Translations under genes and position numbers: made by a program
Origin: an uncultured Sphingobacteriales bacterium
GTDB taxonomy: Bacteria > Bacteroidota > Bacteroidia > CAILMK01 > CAYYUA01
Direction: 5' to 3'
Assembly: GCA_964474835.1 (NCBI GenBank)
Contig: CAYYUA010000002.1
Span: 24,490 to 88,489, forward strand
Length of the DNA stretch: 64,000 nucleotides
Shown: positions 52,711-63,638 of the stretch, one piece after another
Layout: each line of letters begins with the position of its first letter
Numbering within the stretch: the stretch's first letter is position 1
Notes under the pieces: model-generated
Database searches by the model: none
Told to the model about the DNA's origin: nothing
What the model saw: the letters and a program-made list of their open reading frames with translations, nothing else

Positions 52711-53016
52711 ATGAGCCAGAAAATCAGGATTAAGCTTAAATCCTACGATCATAACCTGGTTGATAAATCAGCGGAAAAGATTGTAAGGACCGTAAAAACG
52801 TCCGGTGCAGTTGTAAGCGGTCCGATTCCGATCCCCACCGAAAAGAAAGTTTTTACGGTCCTCAAATCCCCCCACGTGAATAAGCGGGCGAGGGAACAAT
52901 TTCAGCTGTGCTCGCATAAGCGGTTGATTGATATCTTCAGCTCCAGCACCAAAACCGTTGATTCTCTCATGAAGCTTGAGCTTCCCAGTGGTGTAGACGT
53001 AGAAATAAAAGTATAG
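52711..53016 (+). CDS. rpsJ: 30S ribosomal protein uS10
   Basis: [21 protein letters not shown]...[12 protein letters not shown]. Confidence 0.98.
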   Translation: MSQKIRIKLKSYDHNLVDKSAEKIVRTVKTSGAVVSGPIPIPTEKKVFTVLKSPHVNKRAREQFQLCSHKRLIDIFSSSTKTVDSLMKLELPSGVDVEIKV

Positions 53017-53018
53017 TC

Positions 53019-53636
53019 ATGACAGGTATACTCGGAAAGAAATTGGGCATGACCGGTATTTTTGACGAGCAAGGTCGTCATATACCCTGCACAGTGGTTG
53101 AAGCCGGTCCCTGCTATGTAACGCAGGTAAAATCCGAGGAGCGGGATGGCTACGAAGCCATACAGCTGGGCTTTGAAGACAAGAAGGATAAACGAACCAC
53201 CAAGCCGCTCAAAGGCCACTTCCAGAAAGCCAATGTTACGCCTAAGCGGAATGTGGCTGAGTTCAAGAATTTTGAGCAGGACTTTAACCTTGGTGATGAA
53301 GTTAAGTGCGACATTTTTGAGGAAGGCCAGTTAGTTGATGTTGCAGGCTATACCAAGGGGAAAGGGTATCAGGGCGTTGTAAAGCGTTATGGATTCGGTG
53401 GTGTTGGTGACGACTCCCACGGTCAGCACGGCACCCAGCGGATGCCCGGTTCAGTAGGCGGAGCGTCTGATCCTTCGCGTGTGTTTAAGGGCAAAAAGAT
53501 GGGGGGTCGAACCGGTAACCGGAAGACCAAGACTTTTGACCTGCAGATTGTGAAGGTAATGCCAGAAAAGAATACGCTGCTGATCAAAGGGTCCGTCCCC
53601 GGCGGTAAGGGTTCATACATCACGATAGAGCAATAG
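53019..53636 (+). CDS. rplC: 50S ribosomal protein uL3
   Basis: [30 protein letters not shown]... Confidence 0.98.
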   Translation: MTGILGKKLGMTGIFDEQGRHIPCTVVEAGPCYVTQVKSEERDGYEAIQLGFEDKKDKRTTKPLKGHFQKANVTPKRNVAEFKNFEQDFNLGDEVKCDIFEEGQLVDVAGYTKGKGYQGVVKRYGFGGVGDDSHGQHGTQRMPGSVGGASDPSRVFKGKKMGGRTGNRKTKTFDLQIVKVMPEKNTLLIKGSVPGGKGSYITIEQ

Positions 53637-53641
53637 CAAAT

Positions 53642-54268
53642 ATGGAACTGGAAGTACTCAACTATAACGGTGAAAAAACTGGTCGCACAGTCCAATTGGA
53701 CGATGCGCTGTTCGGCATCGAACCGAATGAGCACGCTATTTACCTTGATGTAAAGCGCATCCAGGCTGGAAGGCGCCAGGGAACGCATAAAACCAAAGAG
53801 CGGAGCGATCTCTCAGGATCGGGAACCAAACTTAGGCGCCAAAAAGGAACTGGCTTTGCCCGTGTAGGTGACGTTAAGAGCCCCATTTTCCGCGGTGGCG
53901 CCACCGTATTTGGTCCGCAGCCAAGGAGTCACGCTATTAAGGTTAATAAGAAAGTCCAACGGCTTGCCAGGCGTTCAGCCCTTTCCTCGAAGCTACAGGC
54001 TAATCAGCTGTATATAGTTGAGGATATTCAGATGGAAGCTCCTAAAACTAAGCAGTTCCAGACATTTATTGATAACCTTTCCCTCTCCGGGCAACCAACA
54101 CTGTTTGTCACCAACCAGCAAAACCGTAATGTTTCGCTTTCCCTGCGGAACATTCCTGAAGTCCATGAGCACCGTGCCCGCTCACTCAACACTGAAGCTA
54201 TCTTACGTTACCAATATGTCCTGCTCAGCGAGAGTGTAGTCAGTGACTTACAAGAAACCTTTAAGTAA
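53642..54268 (+). CDS. rplD: 50S ribosomal protein uL4
   Basis: 208 aa in the expected S10-operon position, with an RRQGTHKTKERSDLSGSGTKLRRQKGTGFAR block. Confidence 0.97.
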   Translation: MELEVLNYNGEKTGRTVQLDDALFGIEPNEHAIYLDVKRIQAGRRQGTHKTKERSDLSGSGTKLRRQKGTGFARVGDVKSPIFRGGATVFGPQPRSHAIKVNKKVQRLARRSALSSKLQANQLYIVEDIQMEAPKTKQFQTFIDNLSLSGQPTLFVTNQQNRNVSLSLRNIPEVHEHRARSLNTEAILRYQYVLLSESVVSDLQETFK

Positions 54269-54273
54269 GTAGT

Positions 54274-54564
54274 ATGGAGATCCTTGATAAACCAGTTATT
54301 ACCGAAAAATACACTGAACTGGGCGAGTCCCAGAACCAATACGCCTTCATATGCCATCCTAAGGCTGACAAAGGCCAGATTAAGCGTGCCGTGGAGCGGG
54401 TCTACGAAGTAAAGGTCAAGAAGGTCCGCACAATGCGGTACCCCCGGGAAAACAAAACCCGGTATACCAAAACCAACATCATCAAGGGTAAAACGGCTAT
54501 GTACAAGAAGGCCATTGTAACGCTTGCTGACGGTGACGAAATTGACTTCTACAGCAACATTTAA
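54274..54564 (+). CDS. rplW: 50S ribosomal protein uL23
   Basis: 96 aa reading LDKPVITEKYTELGESQNQYAFICHPKADKGQIKRAVE. Confidence 0.96.
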   Translation: MEILDKPVITEKYTELGESQNQYAFICHPKADKGQIKRAVERVYEVKVKKVRTMRYPRENKTRYTKTNIIKGKTAMYKKAIVTLADGDEIDFYSNI

Positions 54565-54570
54565 GCAACT

Positions 54571-55392
54571 ATGGCAACTAAGAGACTAAAGCCCGTAACG
54601 CCGGCAGCCCGCTATACGGTCCTCAACAAAAGGGCTGAGGTTACTGCTAAGCGCCCGGAGAAATCACTTGTAACCTTTCTCAATAAGAAAGGCGGCCGTA
54701 ACAGCTCAGGCCAGCAGGTAAGCCGTTTTCGCGGTGGCGGTCACAAGCGGCTTTTCCGGATGATTGATTTCAAGCGGGACAAGTTTAATGTGCCGGCTAA
54801 AGTCAAAAGCATTGAGTACGATCCTAACAGATCGGCTTTTATCGCCCTTTTAGCCTATAAAGATGGTGAGAAGCGCTACATCCTGGCTCCGGAAGGCGTG
54901 CAGGTAGGTCAGGAATTGGTTTCGGGTGAGCAGGTTACGCCGGAAGTGGGCAATGCCATGCGCTTAGCAAACCTGCCGTTAGGTACCATCGTGCACAACA
55001 TTGAGTTTAACCCGGGACAGGGCGGTGAGATTGCTCGTAGTGCTGGCACTTATGCTCAACTCATTGCCCGGGAAGGCAAATATGCCACCCTTAAGATACC
55101 CTCTGGTGAAACCCGTCAGGTGCTGAGCCAATGCCTTGCTACTGTTGGCAGTATTTCCAACTCAGATCACGCACTGCTCTTTCGCGGGAAAGCCGGCAGA
55201 AGCCGTTGGAATGGTAAGCGCCCGCGAACCAGAAACACAGCCAAGAACCCAGTCGATCACCCGATGGGTGGTGGTGAAGGCAAAAAGTCCGGTGGCCACC
55301 CTCGCTCAAAGAAAGGGCTTTACGCCAAAGGGCAGAAGACCAGGAAGCGAAAGGCTTCAGATGGCCTTATTCTCGAAAGAAGGAAAAAATAA
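54571..55392 (+). CDS. rplB: 50S ribosomal protein uL2
   Basis: 273 aa reading [15 protein letters not shown]...[13 protein letters not shown]. Confidence 0.99.
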   Translation: MATKRLKPVTPAARYTVLNKRAEVTAKRPEKSLVTFLNKKGGRNSSGQQVSRFRGGGHKRLFRMIDFKRDKFNVPAKVKSIEYDPNRSAFIALLAYKDGEKRYILAPEGVQVGQELVSGEQVTPEVGNAMRLANLPLGTIVHNIEFNPGQGGEIARSAGTYAQLIAREGKYATLKIPSGETRQVLSQCLATVGSISNSDHALLFRGKAGRSRWNGKRPRTRNTAKNPVDHPMGGGEGKKSGGHPRSKKGLYAKGQKTRKRKASDGLILERRKK

Positions 55393-55403
55393 CCTGATAA
55401 CTT

Positions 55404-55673
55404 ATGCCAAGGTCACTCAAGAAAGGTCCTTACGTTCACTATAAGCTGGAAGATCAAGTCCAGTCCATGAATGATTCCGGTAAGAAACAGGTAATCAAGA
55501 CCTGGTCCCGGCGCTCAATGATCACACCGGAGTTTGTGGGGCACACCATTGCTGTCCACAACGGTAATAAGTTTATCCCGGTCTTTATTACTGAAAACAT
55601 GGTGGGGCACAAGCTCGGAGAGTTTGCTGCCACCCGCACATTCCGGGGCCACCCCGTCAAAAAGCAGAGGTAA
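55404..55673 (+). CDS. rpsS: 30S ribosomal protein uS19
   Basis: [11 protein letters not shown]...[25 protein letters not shown]. Confidence 0.99.
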   Translation: MPRSLKKGPYVHYKLEDQVQSMNDSGKKQVIKTWSRRSMITPEFVGHTIAVHNGNKFIPVFITENMVGHKLGEFAATRTFRGHPVKKQR

Positions 55674-55676
55674 TCA

Positions 55677-56087
55677 ATGGAGAGCCGCGCAAAGCTTAAC
55701 AACTGTCCAGTCCCTCCGCGCAAGATGCGTACACTTTGTGATAGCATCCGTGGAAAGTCTGTAGATGCTGCCCTGAACTTCGTTAAGTTCCACCCGAAAA
55801 AAGTTTACGGCCAGTACCTTGAGAAGTTGCTGCTTTCGGGTATAGCCAACTGGCAGCAGAAAAACGAAGATGAAGCCATAGAAGATCACAGCTTGTACGT
55901 GAAGACGATTTCCGTGGATGAAGGCCGTACACTCAAAAGAATCCGTCCGGCTGCCATGGGCAGGGCTAACCGAATCCGTAAGCGTGCTAATCACGTCACG
56001 CTGGTGATTGATAGCCTTAACCCAACGCAAAAAGATGAAAGCGGAGACGAAGCGCCCGAAAATCAGGAACAGCAACAAGAAGAATAG
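55677..56087 (+). CDS. rplV: 50S ribosomal protein uL22
   Basis: 136 aa with a uL22 core ([24 protein letters not shown]) plus an acidic C-terminal tail. Confidence 0.97.
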   Translation: MESRAKLNNCPVPPRKMRTLCDSIRGKSVDAALNFVKFHPKKVYGQYLEKLLLSGIANWQQKNEDEAIEDHSLYVKTISVDEGRTLKRIRPAAMGRANRIRKRANHVTLVIDSLNPTQKDESGDEAPENQEQQQEE

Positions 56088-56095
56088 TTAACACC

Positions 56096-56842
56096 ATGGG
56101 ACAAAAAATACATCCAGTCGGACTACGGCTAGGCTACATCCACGGGTGGGAATCCAGCTGGTATAGCGAAAAGCAGCTTCCTCAAAACCTTCTGGAAGAC
56201 AAGAAAATCAGGGATTACATCCATGCCCGTATGGCAAAGGGTGGCATTTCGCGCATCGTCATCGAGCGCACCCTGAAGCGGATTACCATCACCATTCATA
56301 CCTCACGCCCTGGCATTGTTATAGGTAAAGGTGGAAATGAGGTGGACAAGCTCAGAGAAGAGCTTAAGAACCTTACCGACAAAGACGTTCAGATCAATAT
56401 CTATGAGATCAAGCGTCCCGAACTGGAAGCTCGCCTTGTAGCTGAAAACATCGCTAATCAACTAAAAGCCCGCATTTCTTTCAGGCGCGCTATGAAGATG
56501 GCCCTTGCAGGTACCATGCGGGTTGGGGCTGAAGGCGTTAAGATCCGCTGCTCCGGCCGCTTAGGCGGTGCCGAAATGGCACGGGTAGAGGAATACAAGG
56601 AAGGCAGGGTTCCCCTCCACACGCTGAGGGCGGACATTGATTATGCCCTGGAGGAAGCCTATACCATTTACGGCAGCATTGGTGTTAAGGTGTGGATCTT
56701 TAAGGGTGAAGTTTACGGCAAGCGTGATCTGGACCTGAACGTAGGCATGAGTAACAAGAAGGGTAGCAGCGCTGGTGGTGGCGGAAAGAAAGAAAAAGGC
56801 GCTAAAGGATTGAGCGGCCGGGGCCGGAATTCCGGCGAATAA
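56096..56842 (+). CDS. rpsC: 30S ribosomal protein uS3
   Basis: [13 protein letters not shown]...KH domain..., plus a Gly/Lys-rich tail. Confidence 0.99.
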   Translation: MGQKIHPVGLRLGYIHGWESSWYSEKQLPQNLLEDKKIRDYIHARMAKGGISRIVIERTLKRITITIHTSRPGIVIGKGGNEVDKLREELKNLTDKDVQINIYEIKRPELEARLVAENIANQLKARISFRRAMKMALAGTMRVGAEGVKIRCSGRLGGAEMARVEEYKEGRVPLHTLRADIDYALEEAYTIYGSIGVKVWIFKGEVYGKRDLDLNVGMSNKKGSSAGGGGKKEKGAKGLSGRGRNSGE

Positions 56843-56872
56843 GCATTTCTTCCATATTTTAAGTATTAAACC

Positions 56873-57295
56873 ATGCTGAGCCCGAAGAAATTAAAATACC
56901 GCAAGTCACAGAAAAGCCGGATAAAAGGCTTTGCTAACCGCGGTACAACGGTAGACTTTGGAACTTTTGGTATCAAAAGCCTTGAGCCAGAATTTATAAC
57001 CTCTCGTCAGATTGAAGCTGCGCGGATTGCCATTAACCGCTACATGAAGCGGGAAGGGAAGCTGTGGATCCGCATATTCCCGGATAAACCGATCTCGCAA
57101 AAGCCAGCTGAAGTCAGAATGGGTAAAGGAAAAGGAGATCCGGAATACTACGCCTTTGCCTGTAAGCCCGGAAAAGTGCTTTTCGAGATAGATGGCGTTT
57201 CTGAAGAGGTAGCAGCTGAAGCCCTGCGCCTTGGCGCTCAGAAGCTACCGGTGGTTACTAAGTTTATCACCCGCCGTGATTACAGTTCAACCTAA
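56873..57295 (+). CDS. rplP: 50S ribosomal protein uL16
   Basis: [11 protein letters not shown]...[19 protein letters not shown]... Confidence 0.98.
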   Translation: MLSPKKLKYRKSQKSRIKGFANRGTTVDFGTFGIKSLEPEFITSRQIEAARIAINRYMKREGKLWIRIFPDKPISQKPAEVRMGKGKGDPEYYAFACKPGKVLFEIDGVSEEVAAEALRLGAQKLPVVTKFITRRDYSST

Positions 57296-57307
57296 AAGTA
57301 AGCCGCC

Positions 57308-57502
57308 ATGCGGAACAATGAGATCAGAGAACTGAGCACAAAAGAAATACAGGACATCATTCAGGATCGGAAAGATCAGTTGATGAAGATGAAGCTTGCC
57401 CACGCGGTATCCCCGCTGGATGACCCCAGTAAGCTTAAGAACACCAAGCGTACGGTGGCTCGCTTGAAGACCGAACTGCGTAAACGTGAGCTAAATGGCT
57501 AA
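57308..57502 (+). CDS. rpmC: 50S ribosomal protein uL29
   Basis: 64 aa reading [25 protein letters not shown]. Confidence 0.95.
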   Translation: MRNNEIRELSTKEIQDIIQDRKDQLMKMKLAHAVSPLDDPSKLKNTKRTVARLKTELRKRELNG

Positions 57503-57776
57503 TACCATGGATAATCAGCAAACTGCCCGGAATACCCGTAAAGAACTGGTAGGGCGTGTTGTTAGTAATAAGATGCAGAAATCAGTAGTGGTTCGTGTCG
57601 AGCGCAGGCAAAAGCATAACCTCTATGGAAAGTTCATAACACGCACATCCAGGTTTAAAGCGCACGATGAACAGGATGAGGCGAATGAGGGTGATCTGGT
57701 TCAGTTAATGGAAACACGGCCTTTAAGCAAGAACAAGCGGTGGCGGCTCGTCAAAATACTCGAAAGAGCTAAGTAA
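57495..57776 (+). CDS. rpsQ: 30S ribosomal protein uS17
   Basis: [33 protein letters not shown]. The start is either ATG 57495 (8-nt overlap with rpmC) or ATG 57507. Confidence 0.96.
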   Translation: MANTMDNQQTARNTRKELVGRVVSNKMQKSVVVRVERRQKHNLYGKFITRTSRFKAHDEQDEANEGDLVQLMETRPLSKNKRWRLVKILERAK

Positions 57777-57778
57777 TA

Positions 57779-58147
57779 ATGGTACAAAAAGAAACGGTAT
57801 TAAAGGTAGCTGATAACAGTGGAGCCAAGCAAGCAGCTGTGGTTGCCGTCCTCGGCGGAACTGGTATTCGTTACGCCAAAGTGGGCGATATTGTAACGGT
57901 AGCTGTTAAGTCTGCTATCCCTAATAGTGCTATTCGTAAAGGTACGGTTTCGCGGGCTGTTGTGGTAAGAAGCAGCAAGGAAGTAGCCCGGGAAGACGGC
58001 ACTTACATCAGGTTTGATGAAAACGCCTGTGTCCTGTTGAACCAAGCTCACGAGCCAAGGGCTACCCGCATTTTCGGACCAGTTGCCCGCGAGCTCCGCG
58101 AGAAGCGATTCATGCGGATCATCTCCCTAGCACCTGAAGTTTTATAA
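57779..58147 (+). CDS. rplN: 50S ribosomal protein uL14
   Basis: [17 protein letters not shown]... Confidence 0.99.
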   Translation: MVQKETVLKVADNSGAKQAAVVAVLGGTGIRYAKVGDIVTVAVKSAIPNSAIRKGTVSRAVVVRSSKEVAREDGTYIRFDENACVLLNQAHEPRATRIFGPVARELREKRFMRIISLAPEVL

Positions 58148-58150
58148 GCA

Positions 58151-58501
58151 ATGGAAGCCATGGTAAAGCGCAAGAACCAACTACCGAAAGTCAACATCAA
58201 GCGTGGCGACAACGTGAAGGTAATAGCCGGAAACGATAAGGGTAAAACCGGACGTGTTCTGGCGGTTCGGCCTAAGCAAGGAACGGCCCTCGTGGAAAAT
58301 GTGCGCATGATCACCAAGCACGTTAAGCCTAACCAGCAGGATCAGCAAGGGGGCATCCGTAACCAGGAAGGGCCCATCAACCTTTCCAACCTTATGGTGC
58401 TGGAGCCGAAATCCGGTGAACCAACCCGGGTCGGCCGCCGGCGAAATGACAATAACCAGTTAGTAAGATACGCAAAAAAAACAGGGGAGGATATTGACTA
58501 A
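58151..58501 (+). CDS. rplX: 50S ribosomal protein uL24
   Basis: KOW motif [24 protein letters not shown]. Confidence 0.97.
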   Translation: MEAMVKRKNQLPKVNIKRGDNVKVIAGNDKGKTGRVLAVRPKQGTALVENVRMITKHVKPNQQDQQGGIRNQEGPINLSNLMVLEPKSGEPTRVGRRRNDNNQLVRYAKKTGEDID

Positions 58502-59061
58502 TGACTTATCAACCCGTTCTTAAGCAGCGATACAAAGAAACTGTTGTTCCTACCCTGAAAGAGCAATTAGGGTATGGCAACACCATGGAAGTTCCCGAGC
58601 TCAAGAAGATCATCCTGAATCAAGGGGTTGGGGCTGCTGTAACTGACAAAAAAATTCTGGATCAGGCGATCGAAGAACTGAGCGCTATTGCCGGCCAACG
58701 GGCAGTGCCCACTTATGCAAAGCGTTCCGTATCCAGCTTTAAGCTTAGAGAGGGAATGCCGATCGGTGCAAAGGTTACCCTCAGGCGTAAGCGGATGTAC
58801 GAATTCATTGAGCGCCTTGTTTCCATAGCCCTGCCACGAGTACGGGACTTCCAGGGAATAAGCGATAAGGGATTTGATGGCCGTGGCAACTACACCTTAG
58901 GAGTAAGCGAACAGATCATATTCCCGGAAATCAACATTGATGGCGTACAGCGAATCAATGGCCTGGATATTACCTTTGTGACTTCGGCTTCCACTGATAA
59001 TGAAGCATACCAACTACTAAAGGAGATAGGATTGCCCTTTAGAAACCAAAATCAGGAGTAA
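58501..59061 (+). CDS. rplE: 50S ribosomal protein uL5
   Basis: 186 aa reading [38 protein letters not shown]. Confidence 0.98.
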   Translation: MTYQPVLKQRYKETVVPTLKEQLGYGNTMEVPELKKIILNQGVGAAVTDKKILDQAIEELSAIAGQRAVPTYAKRSVSSFKLREGMPIGAKVTLRRKRMYEFIERLVSIALPRVRDFQGISDKGFDGRGNYTLGVSEQIIFPEINIDGVQRINGLDITFVTSASTDNEAYQLLKEIGLPFRNQNQE

Positions 59062-59065
59062 CCAT

Positions 59066-59335
59066 ATGTCTAAGCTCTCAGTGTGGGTAAGAGACCGGAA
59101 GAAGCGCGACCTCTACCATAAATACGCGGAAAAGCGGAAGGAACTAAAAAAGCAGGGAGATTCCAGAGGGCTGGATAAGCTTCCACGGAATTCCTCACCA
59201 GTTCGGATCCGCAACCGTTGCGGTATGACTGGTCGACCAAATGGATACATTCGTCAGTTTGGACTTTGCCGTAACATGTTCCGTAAGCTCGCCCACCAAG
59301 GCAAAATACCTGGTATACGAAAGTCAAGCTGGTAA
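59066..59335 (+). CDS. rpsN: 30S ribosomal protein uS14 (long form)
   Basis: 89 aa with a C-terminal [41 protein letters not shown]. Confidence 0.97.
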   Translation: MSKLSVWVRDRKKRDLYHKYAEKRKELKKQGDSRGLDKLPRNSSPVRIRNRCGMTGRPNGYIRQFGLCRNMFRKLAHQGKIPGIRKSSW

Positions 59336-59348
59336 AAAGTAACAATCC

Positions 59349-59744
59349 ATGGCCGATACAGTAGGTGATTTCCTGACCAAAATACGTAATGCAATTATGG
59401 CTAAGAAGCGGGTAGTAGATATCCCGGCTTCTAACATGCGTAAGAGCATTACGAAAATTCTTTTTGACAAAGGGTATATCCTCAATTTTAAGTTTGAGGA
59501 CACCAAACCCCAAGGCAACATCAAGATTGCCCTCAAATATGATTACAAGAGTGGCGTACCTGCTATCAACTCGCTTCAGCGATTCAGTACGCCGGGCCTC
59601 AGGCAGTATGCCAAAGCCCAAACCCTTCCCAAAGTTTACAATGGGCTGGGAATCGCGGTGGTCTCGACACCAAAGGGCGTTATGACTGATAAAGAAGCTC
59701 GCAAGCTGAATGTTGGTGGCGAGCTTGTTTGCTACGTTTACTAA
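59349..59744 (+). CDS. rpsH: 30S ribosomal protein uS8
   Basis: DTVGDFLTKIRNAIMAKKRVV...GGELVCYVY. Confidence 0.98.
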   Translation: MADTVGDFLTKIRNAIMAKKRVVDIPASNMRKSITKILFDKGYILNFKFEDTKPQGNIKIALKYDYKSGVPAINSLQRFSTPGLRQYAKAQTLPKVYNGLGIAVVSTPKGVMTDKEARKLNVGGELVCYVY

Positions 59745-59755
59745 AAAGGCTAATT

Positions 59756-60310
59756 ATGTCCAGAATAGGGAAACTTCCTGTTAAGATACCGCAGGGTGTG
59801 GATGTAGAAATTCAAGCGAATAACTACGTTCACTTCAAAGGGCCGAAAGGTGAAATAACCCAGAAAGTGCATCCTGATCTCACGGTCAAGCATGAGGAAG
59901 GCGAGATCAGCGTAGAGCGCCCAACCAACCAAAAGCGCCACCGGGCCTATCACGGATTGTACCGTTCCCTGCTTAACAACTGCATGACCGGCGTATCGGA
60001 AGGATTCGTCCGCAAGTTGGAACTTCAGGGAGTTGGCTACAAGGCTGTGAATCAGGGCCAAATGCTGGAATTATCGGTTGGTTTTTCCCACGATATCATC
60101 ATGCAGATTCCTGACGAGATTAAAGTTACAACCGAGACTGCAAAGGGAGCCAATCCTGTTATCACGCTGGAAAGCCATGATAAGCAGTTAGTGGGGCAGA
60201 TAGCCTCAAAAATCCGCTCTCTCAGGAAGCCCGAACCTTACAAGGGCAAGGGGATTCGCCTGAGTGATGAAGAAGTACGCTTCAAGGAAGGTAAATCCGG
60301 AGGTAAATAA
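59756..60310 (+). CDS. rplF: 50S ribosomal protein uL6
   Basis: [19 protein letters not shown]... The track ORF begins at an upstream TTG (59729); ATG 59756 gives the canonical N-terminus. Confidence 0.98.
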   Translation: MSRIGKLPVKIPQGVDVEIQANNYVHFKGPKGEITQKVHPDLTVKHEEGEISVERPTNQKRHRAYHGLYRSLLNNCMTGVSEGFVRKLELQGVGYKAVNQGQMLELSVGFSHDIIMQIPDEIKVTTETAKGANPVITLESHDKQLVGQIASKIRSLRKPEPYKGKGIRLSDEEVRFKEGKSGGK

Positions 60311-60324
60311 ACCTTAAATTAATC

Positions 60325-60693
60325 ATGGACAGCCTTAAACAAGTCAAAGCCCGCCGCTCTCGCCTACGCCGCGGAATTCGCAAAAAAATTACGGGAAATG
60401 CTACCCGTCCGCGCTTATGCGTGTTCCGCAGCAATAAGCAGATATACGCTCAAATCATTAACGACTACCAAGCACACACACTGGCGTCTTGTTCCTCCAT
60501 AGATCAGGGTGTTCAGGACAAAGTAAGCGGCCTTTCAAAACAGGATACGGCCAGGGAAGTAGGTCGCCAGTTAGCTGAGAAAGCTAAAGAGGCTAATATT
60601 TCTGATGTTGTTTTTGACCGGAATGTGTACCTGTACCATGGCCGTATTCAGGCGCTGGCTGACGGTGCCCGTGAAGGTGGTCTAAACTTTTAA
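60325..60693 (+). CDS. rplR: 50S ribosomal protein uL18
   Basis: 122 aa reading [21 protein letters not shown]...[26 protein letters not shown]. Confidence 0.98.
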   Translation: MDSLKQVKARRSRLRRGIRKKITGNATRPRLCVFRSNKQIYAQIINDYQAHTLASCSSIDQGVQDKVSGLSKQDTAREVGRQLAEKAKEANISDVVFDRNVYLYHGRIQALADGAREGGLNF

Positions 60694-60708
60694 ACGAATT
60701 CTAATTAT

Positions 60709-61224
60709 ATGAATCCACACATAAAGCGCGTCCGCTCAAGTGAGCTGGAACTAACAGAAAAAGTAGTCGCCATCAACCGTGTAGCTAAGGTCAATCAAGG
60801 CGGTCGTACTTTTAGCTTTGGAGCTATTGTGGTAGTTGGTGACGGAAGTGGTGTTGTTGGCTTTGGCCTTGGTAAGGCCCGGGAAGTCACCGAAGCTATC
60901 AACAAAGGCGTGAACGATGCCAAAAAAGCCCTGATACGCATTCCGCTCATCAATGGTACGCTAGCTCATGAAATTGAAACCAAATTCAGCGGTGCCAAAG
61001 TACTCATGAAACCAGCGGCACCTGGTACTGGTGTAAAAGCTGGCGGCCCGATGCGGGCAGTACTTGAAAGCGTTGGAGTAAAAGATGTAGTGGCTAAGTC
61101 AAAAGGTTCCTCAAACCCTCACAATGTGGTAAAAGCTACCATACAGGGGCTTACTGAGGTTCGCGATCCCATTACGGTAGCCAGAACAAGGGGCGTAAGC
61201 TTAGAACGGGTCTTCAATGGATAA
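60709..61224 (+). CDS. rpsE: 30S ribosomal protein uS5
   Basis: [39 protein letters not shown]. Confidence 0.98.
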   Translation: MNPHIKRVRSSELELTEKVVAINRVAKVNQGGRTFSFGAIVVVGDGSGVVGFGLGKAREVTEAINKGVNDAKKALIRIPLINGTLAHEIETKFSGAKVLMKPAAPGTGVKAGGPMRAVLESVGVKDVVAKSKGSSNPHNVVKATIQGLTEVRDPITVARTRGVSLERVFNG

Positions 61225-61414
61225 AGTCAATATGGAACAAGTTAGGATTACCCTTATCAAGAGTATGATAGATCGTCCTAAGCGCCAGAAAGATACGCTT
61301 GCGGCTCTGGGCATATCAAAGCGCGAGCAGAGCGTTACCAAGCCTAAGAATGATCAGATCATGGGCATGGTCAACAAGGTGAATCATTTAGTGAAAGTAG
61401 AAACCGTTCAATAA
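61217..61414 (+). CDS. rpmD: 50S ribosomal protein uL30
   Basis: [25 protein letters not shown]. The start is either ATG 61217 (8-nt overlap with rpsE) or ATG 61232. Confidence 0.94.
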   Translation: MDKVNMEQVRITLIKSMIDRPKRQKDTLAALGISKREQSVTKPKNDQIMGMVNKVNHLVKVETVQ

Positions 61415-61416
61415 CC

Positions 61417-61872
61417 ATGGATCTAAGTAACCTTAAGCCTGCAAAAGGTAGTACGCACAAGCGCAAGCGAGTAGGCAGAGGACTGGGATCAGATCTTGGT
61501 CAAACAGCCGGCCGCGGAAACAATGGTGCCAAATCCCGCTCCGGGTACCGTATCAATCCCGGATTTGAAGGCGGAGGGTATCCGCTTTACCGCAGGGTGC
61601 CGAAGTTTGGCTTCAAGAATAGAAACCGGGAAGAATACGTGCCGTTAAACCTTGATAAGCTGCAACGTTTGGCTGATAAGCACAATGTTACCAATTTTAC
61701 CCGTGACCAACTGAGAAAGCTCCGGATTGTAAAAGCCAATCAACGGGTGAAAGTTCTGGGTAAAGGCGAGCTGAAGGTTAAGGTTGATATCGAGGCGGAC
61801 GCTGCGTCTAAAAGTGCCCGGGAAGCAATTGAAGCAAATGGTGGTCAAGTAACAAACGCTCGTGATCAATGA
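61417..61872 (+). CDS. rplO: 50S ribosomal protein uL15
   Basis: LSNLKPAKGSTHKRKRVGRG...GRGNNGAKSRSG. Confidence 0.98.
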   Translation: MDLSNLKPAKGSTHKRKRVGRGLGSDLGQTAGRGNNGAKSRSGYRINPGFEGGGYPLYRRVPKFGFKNRNREEYVPLNLDKLQRLADKHNVTNFTRDQLRKLRIVKANQRVKVLGKGELKVKVDIEADAASKSAREAIEANGGQVTNARDQ

Positions 61873-63230
61873 GAAAGATCATAGAAACCATCAAGAACAT
61901 ATACAATGTGGAAGACCTCAGGGTACGTATTCTGAATACCCTGGGGTTTTTGCTTATCTACCGGTTGGGATCCTTTGTGGTGCTGCCGGGTGTGGATCCT
62001 AATGCACTGGATGAGTATGCCCAGCAGACCTCTCAGGGCATTCTGGGCCTTATCAACATGTTTGCCGGTGGCGCTTTTTCCAGGGCTTCGGTTCTGGCGT
62101 TAGGCATCATGCCGTATATCTCGGCCTCTATTGTTATCCAGCTGTTGGGGATTGCGGTGCCCTACTTTCAGAAACTACAGCGCGAGGGTGAATCCGGTCA
62201 GCAGAAGCTGAACCAGATAACGCGGGTACTGACTATCGGTATTACAGCTGCTCAGTCAATAGGTTTCCTGGTAAACCTGCAAAGCACAGTAGGCGGTGCT
62301 TTGATCTCCCAAACCAATCCGGAAGTCCTTTCCCCGATCATGTTTACGGTATCCAATGTGATCATCCTGACCACAGGTACGGTATTCGTGATGTGGCTCG
62401 GTGAACGCATCTCTGACAAAGGGATCGGCAACGGCATTTCGCTGCTTATCATGATCGGAATTATTGCGCGCTTACCAACAGCCCTTATCGCTGAGTTCGA
62501 CACCCGGCTATCTGAAGCCGGAGGCGGTTTGGTGATCTTCCTGCTTGAAATCGTGCTTCTGCTATTTGTGATTCTGGCTGTTGTTCTGTTAGTCAAAGGA
62601 ACGCGGAGAATTCCCATCCAATATGCTAAACGGGTTGTGGGTAACCGTCAATATGGGGGTGTCCGGCAGTTCCTGCCGCTCAAGGTCAATTCTGCCGGGG
62701 TTATGCCGATCATTTTCGCTCAGGCGCTAATGTTCATTCCCTCTACGCTTGCCCAGTATTTCCCGAGTTCCTCTTCCATGCAGGGGATAGCTGCTTCTTT
62801 CACAGATTTTTCCTCCCTTGGATACAACCTGACATTCGGGACCCTGATTATCCTCTTCACGTATTTCTACACAGCTGTTACTGTCAACTCTAAGCAAATA
62901 GCAGACGATCTCAAGAAGAACGGAGGTTTCATTCCGGGAGTAAAGCCCGGCAGAAAGACATCTGAATACATAGACACCATCATGAGCCGGATCACGCTAC
63001 CAGGTTCAATCTTTTTGGCGATTGTAGCCGTTTTTCCAGCTGTAGCCATGCAGATGAATGTCAACACGCAGTTTGCTCAGTTCTTTGGCGGAACGTCCCT
63101 TTTGATCATGGTTGGCGTTGTACTGGATACGCTGCAGCAGATCGAAAGCCACTTGCTGATGCGCCACTATGATGGTCTCATGAAAAGCGGTCGTGTAAAG
63201 GGACGCAGCTCTGTGGGCGGAGTCGCTTAG
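61869..63230 (+). CDS. secY: Preprotein translocase subunit SecY
   Basis: 453 aa, 10 TM helices, reading LGIMPYISASIVIQLL...GISLLIM. It overlaps the rplO stop by 4 nt. Confidence 0.98.
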   Translation: MRKIIETIKNIYNVEDLRVRILNTLGFLLIYRLGSFVVLPGVDPNALDEYAQQTSQGILGLINMFAGGAFSRASVLALGIMPYISASIVIQLLGIAVPYFQKLQREGESGQQKLNQITRVLTIGITAAQSIGFLVNLQSTVGGALISQTNPEVLSPIMFTVSNVIILTTGTVFVMWLGERISDKGIGNGISLLIMIGIIARLPTALIAEFDTRLSEAGGGLVIFLLEIVLLLFVILAVVLLVKGTRRIPIQYAKRVVGNRQYGGVRQFLPLKVNSAGVMPIIFAQALMFIPSTLAQYFPSSSSMQGIAASFTDFSSLGYNLTFGTLIILFTYFYTAVTVNSKQIADDLKKNGGFIPGVKPGRKTSEYIDTIMSRITLPGSIFLAIVAVFPAVAMQMNVNTQFAQFFGGTSLLIMVGVVLDTLQQIESHLLMRHYDGLMKSGRVKGRSSVGGVA

Positions 63231-63233
63231 CCC

Positions 63234-63264
63234 TTGCTTGCACTAGGGATTTCCTTTACCTTTG
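63234..63264 (+). promoter_or_regulatory. Candidate internal promoter (TTG-N20-TACCTTTG) for infA-rpmJ-rpsM
   Basis: TTG at 63234-63236, a 20-nt spacer and TACCTTTG at 63257-63264, 24 nt before the infA ATG. It carries the same TACCTTTGC 9-mer as the rpsL promoter. Confidence 0.5.
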
Positions 63265-63287
63265 CACAACTTTTTAGAACGGGATTT

Positions 63288-63506
63288 ATGACAAAACAAA
63301 AGGCAATTACGCAGGATGGCACGGTAAACGAAGCGTTACCCAATGCCATGTTCCGCGTAGAATTGGAAAACGGTCATGAGGTGCTCGCGCATATTTCCGG
63401 GAAAATGCGGATGTACTACATCCGGATTCTGCCTGGTGATAAGGTGCGCGTAGAAATTTCCCCTTACGATCTATCCAAGGGTCGGATCACTTACAGGTAT
63501 AAATAA
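63288..63506 (+). CDS. infA: Translation initiation factor IF-1
   Basis: 72 aa from ATG 63288, reading [72 protein letters not shown]. The track ORF starts at an upstream TTG, which is unlikely. Confidence 0.97.
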   Translation: MTKQKAITQDGTVNEALPNAMFRVELENGHEVLAHISGKMRMYYIRILPGDKVRVEISPYDLSKGRITYRYK

Positions 63507-63516
63507 ACCAATAGGC

Positions 63517-63633
63517 ATGAAGGTAAAAGCTTCTATTAAAAAGCGTAGCGCTGATTGCAAAGTTGTTAAGCGTAAAGGCCGCCTTTACGTCATTAACAAG
63601 CGGAACCCAAGGTACAAACAAAGACAAGGTTAA
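63517..63633 (+). CDS. rpmJ: 50S ribosomal protein bL36
   Basis: Unlisted 38-aa ORF reading [38 protein letters not shown]. Confidence 0.93.
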   Translation: MKVKASIKKRSADCKVVKRKGRLYVINKRNPRYKQRQG

Positions 63634-63638
63634 GCTTT

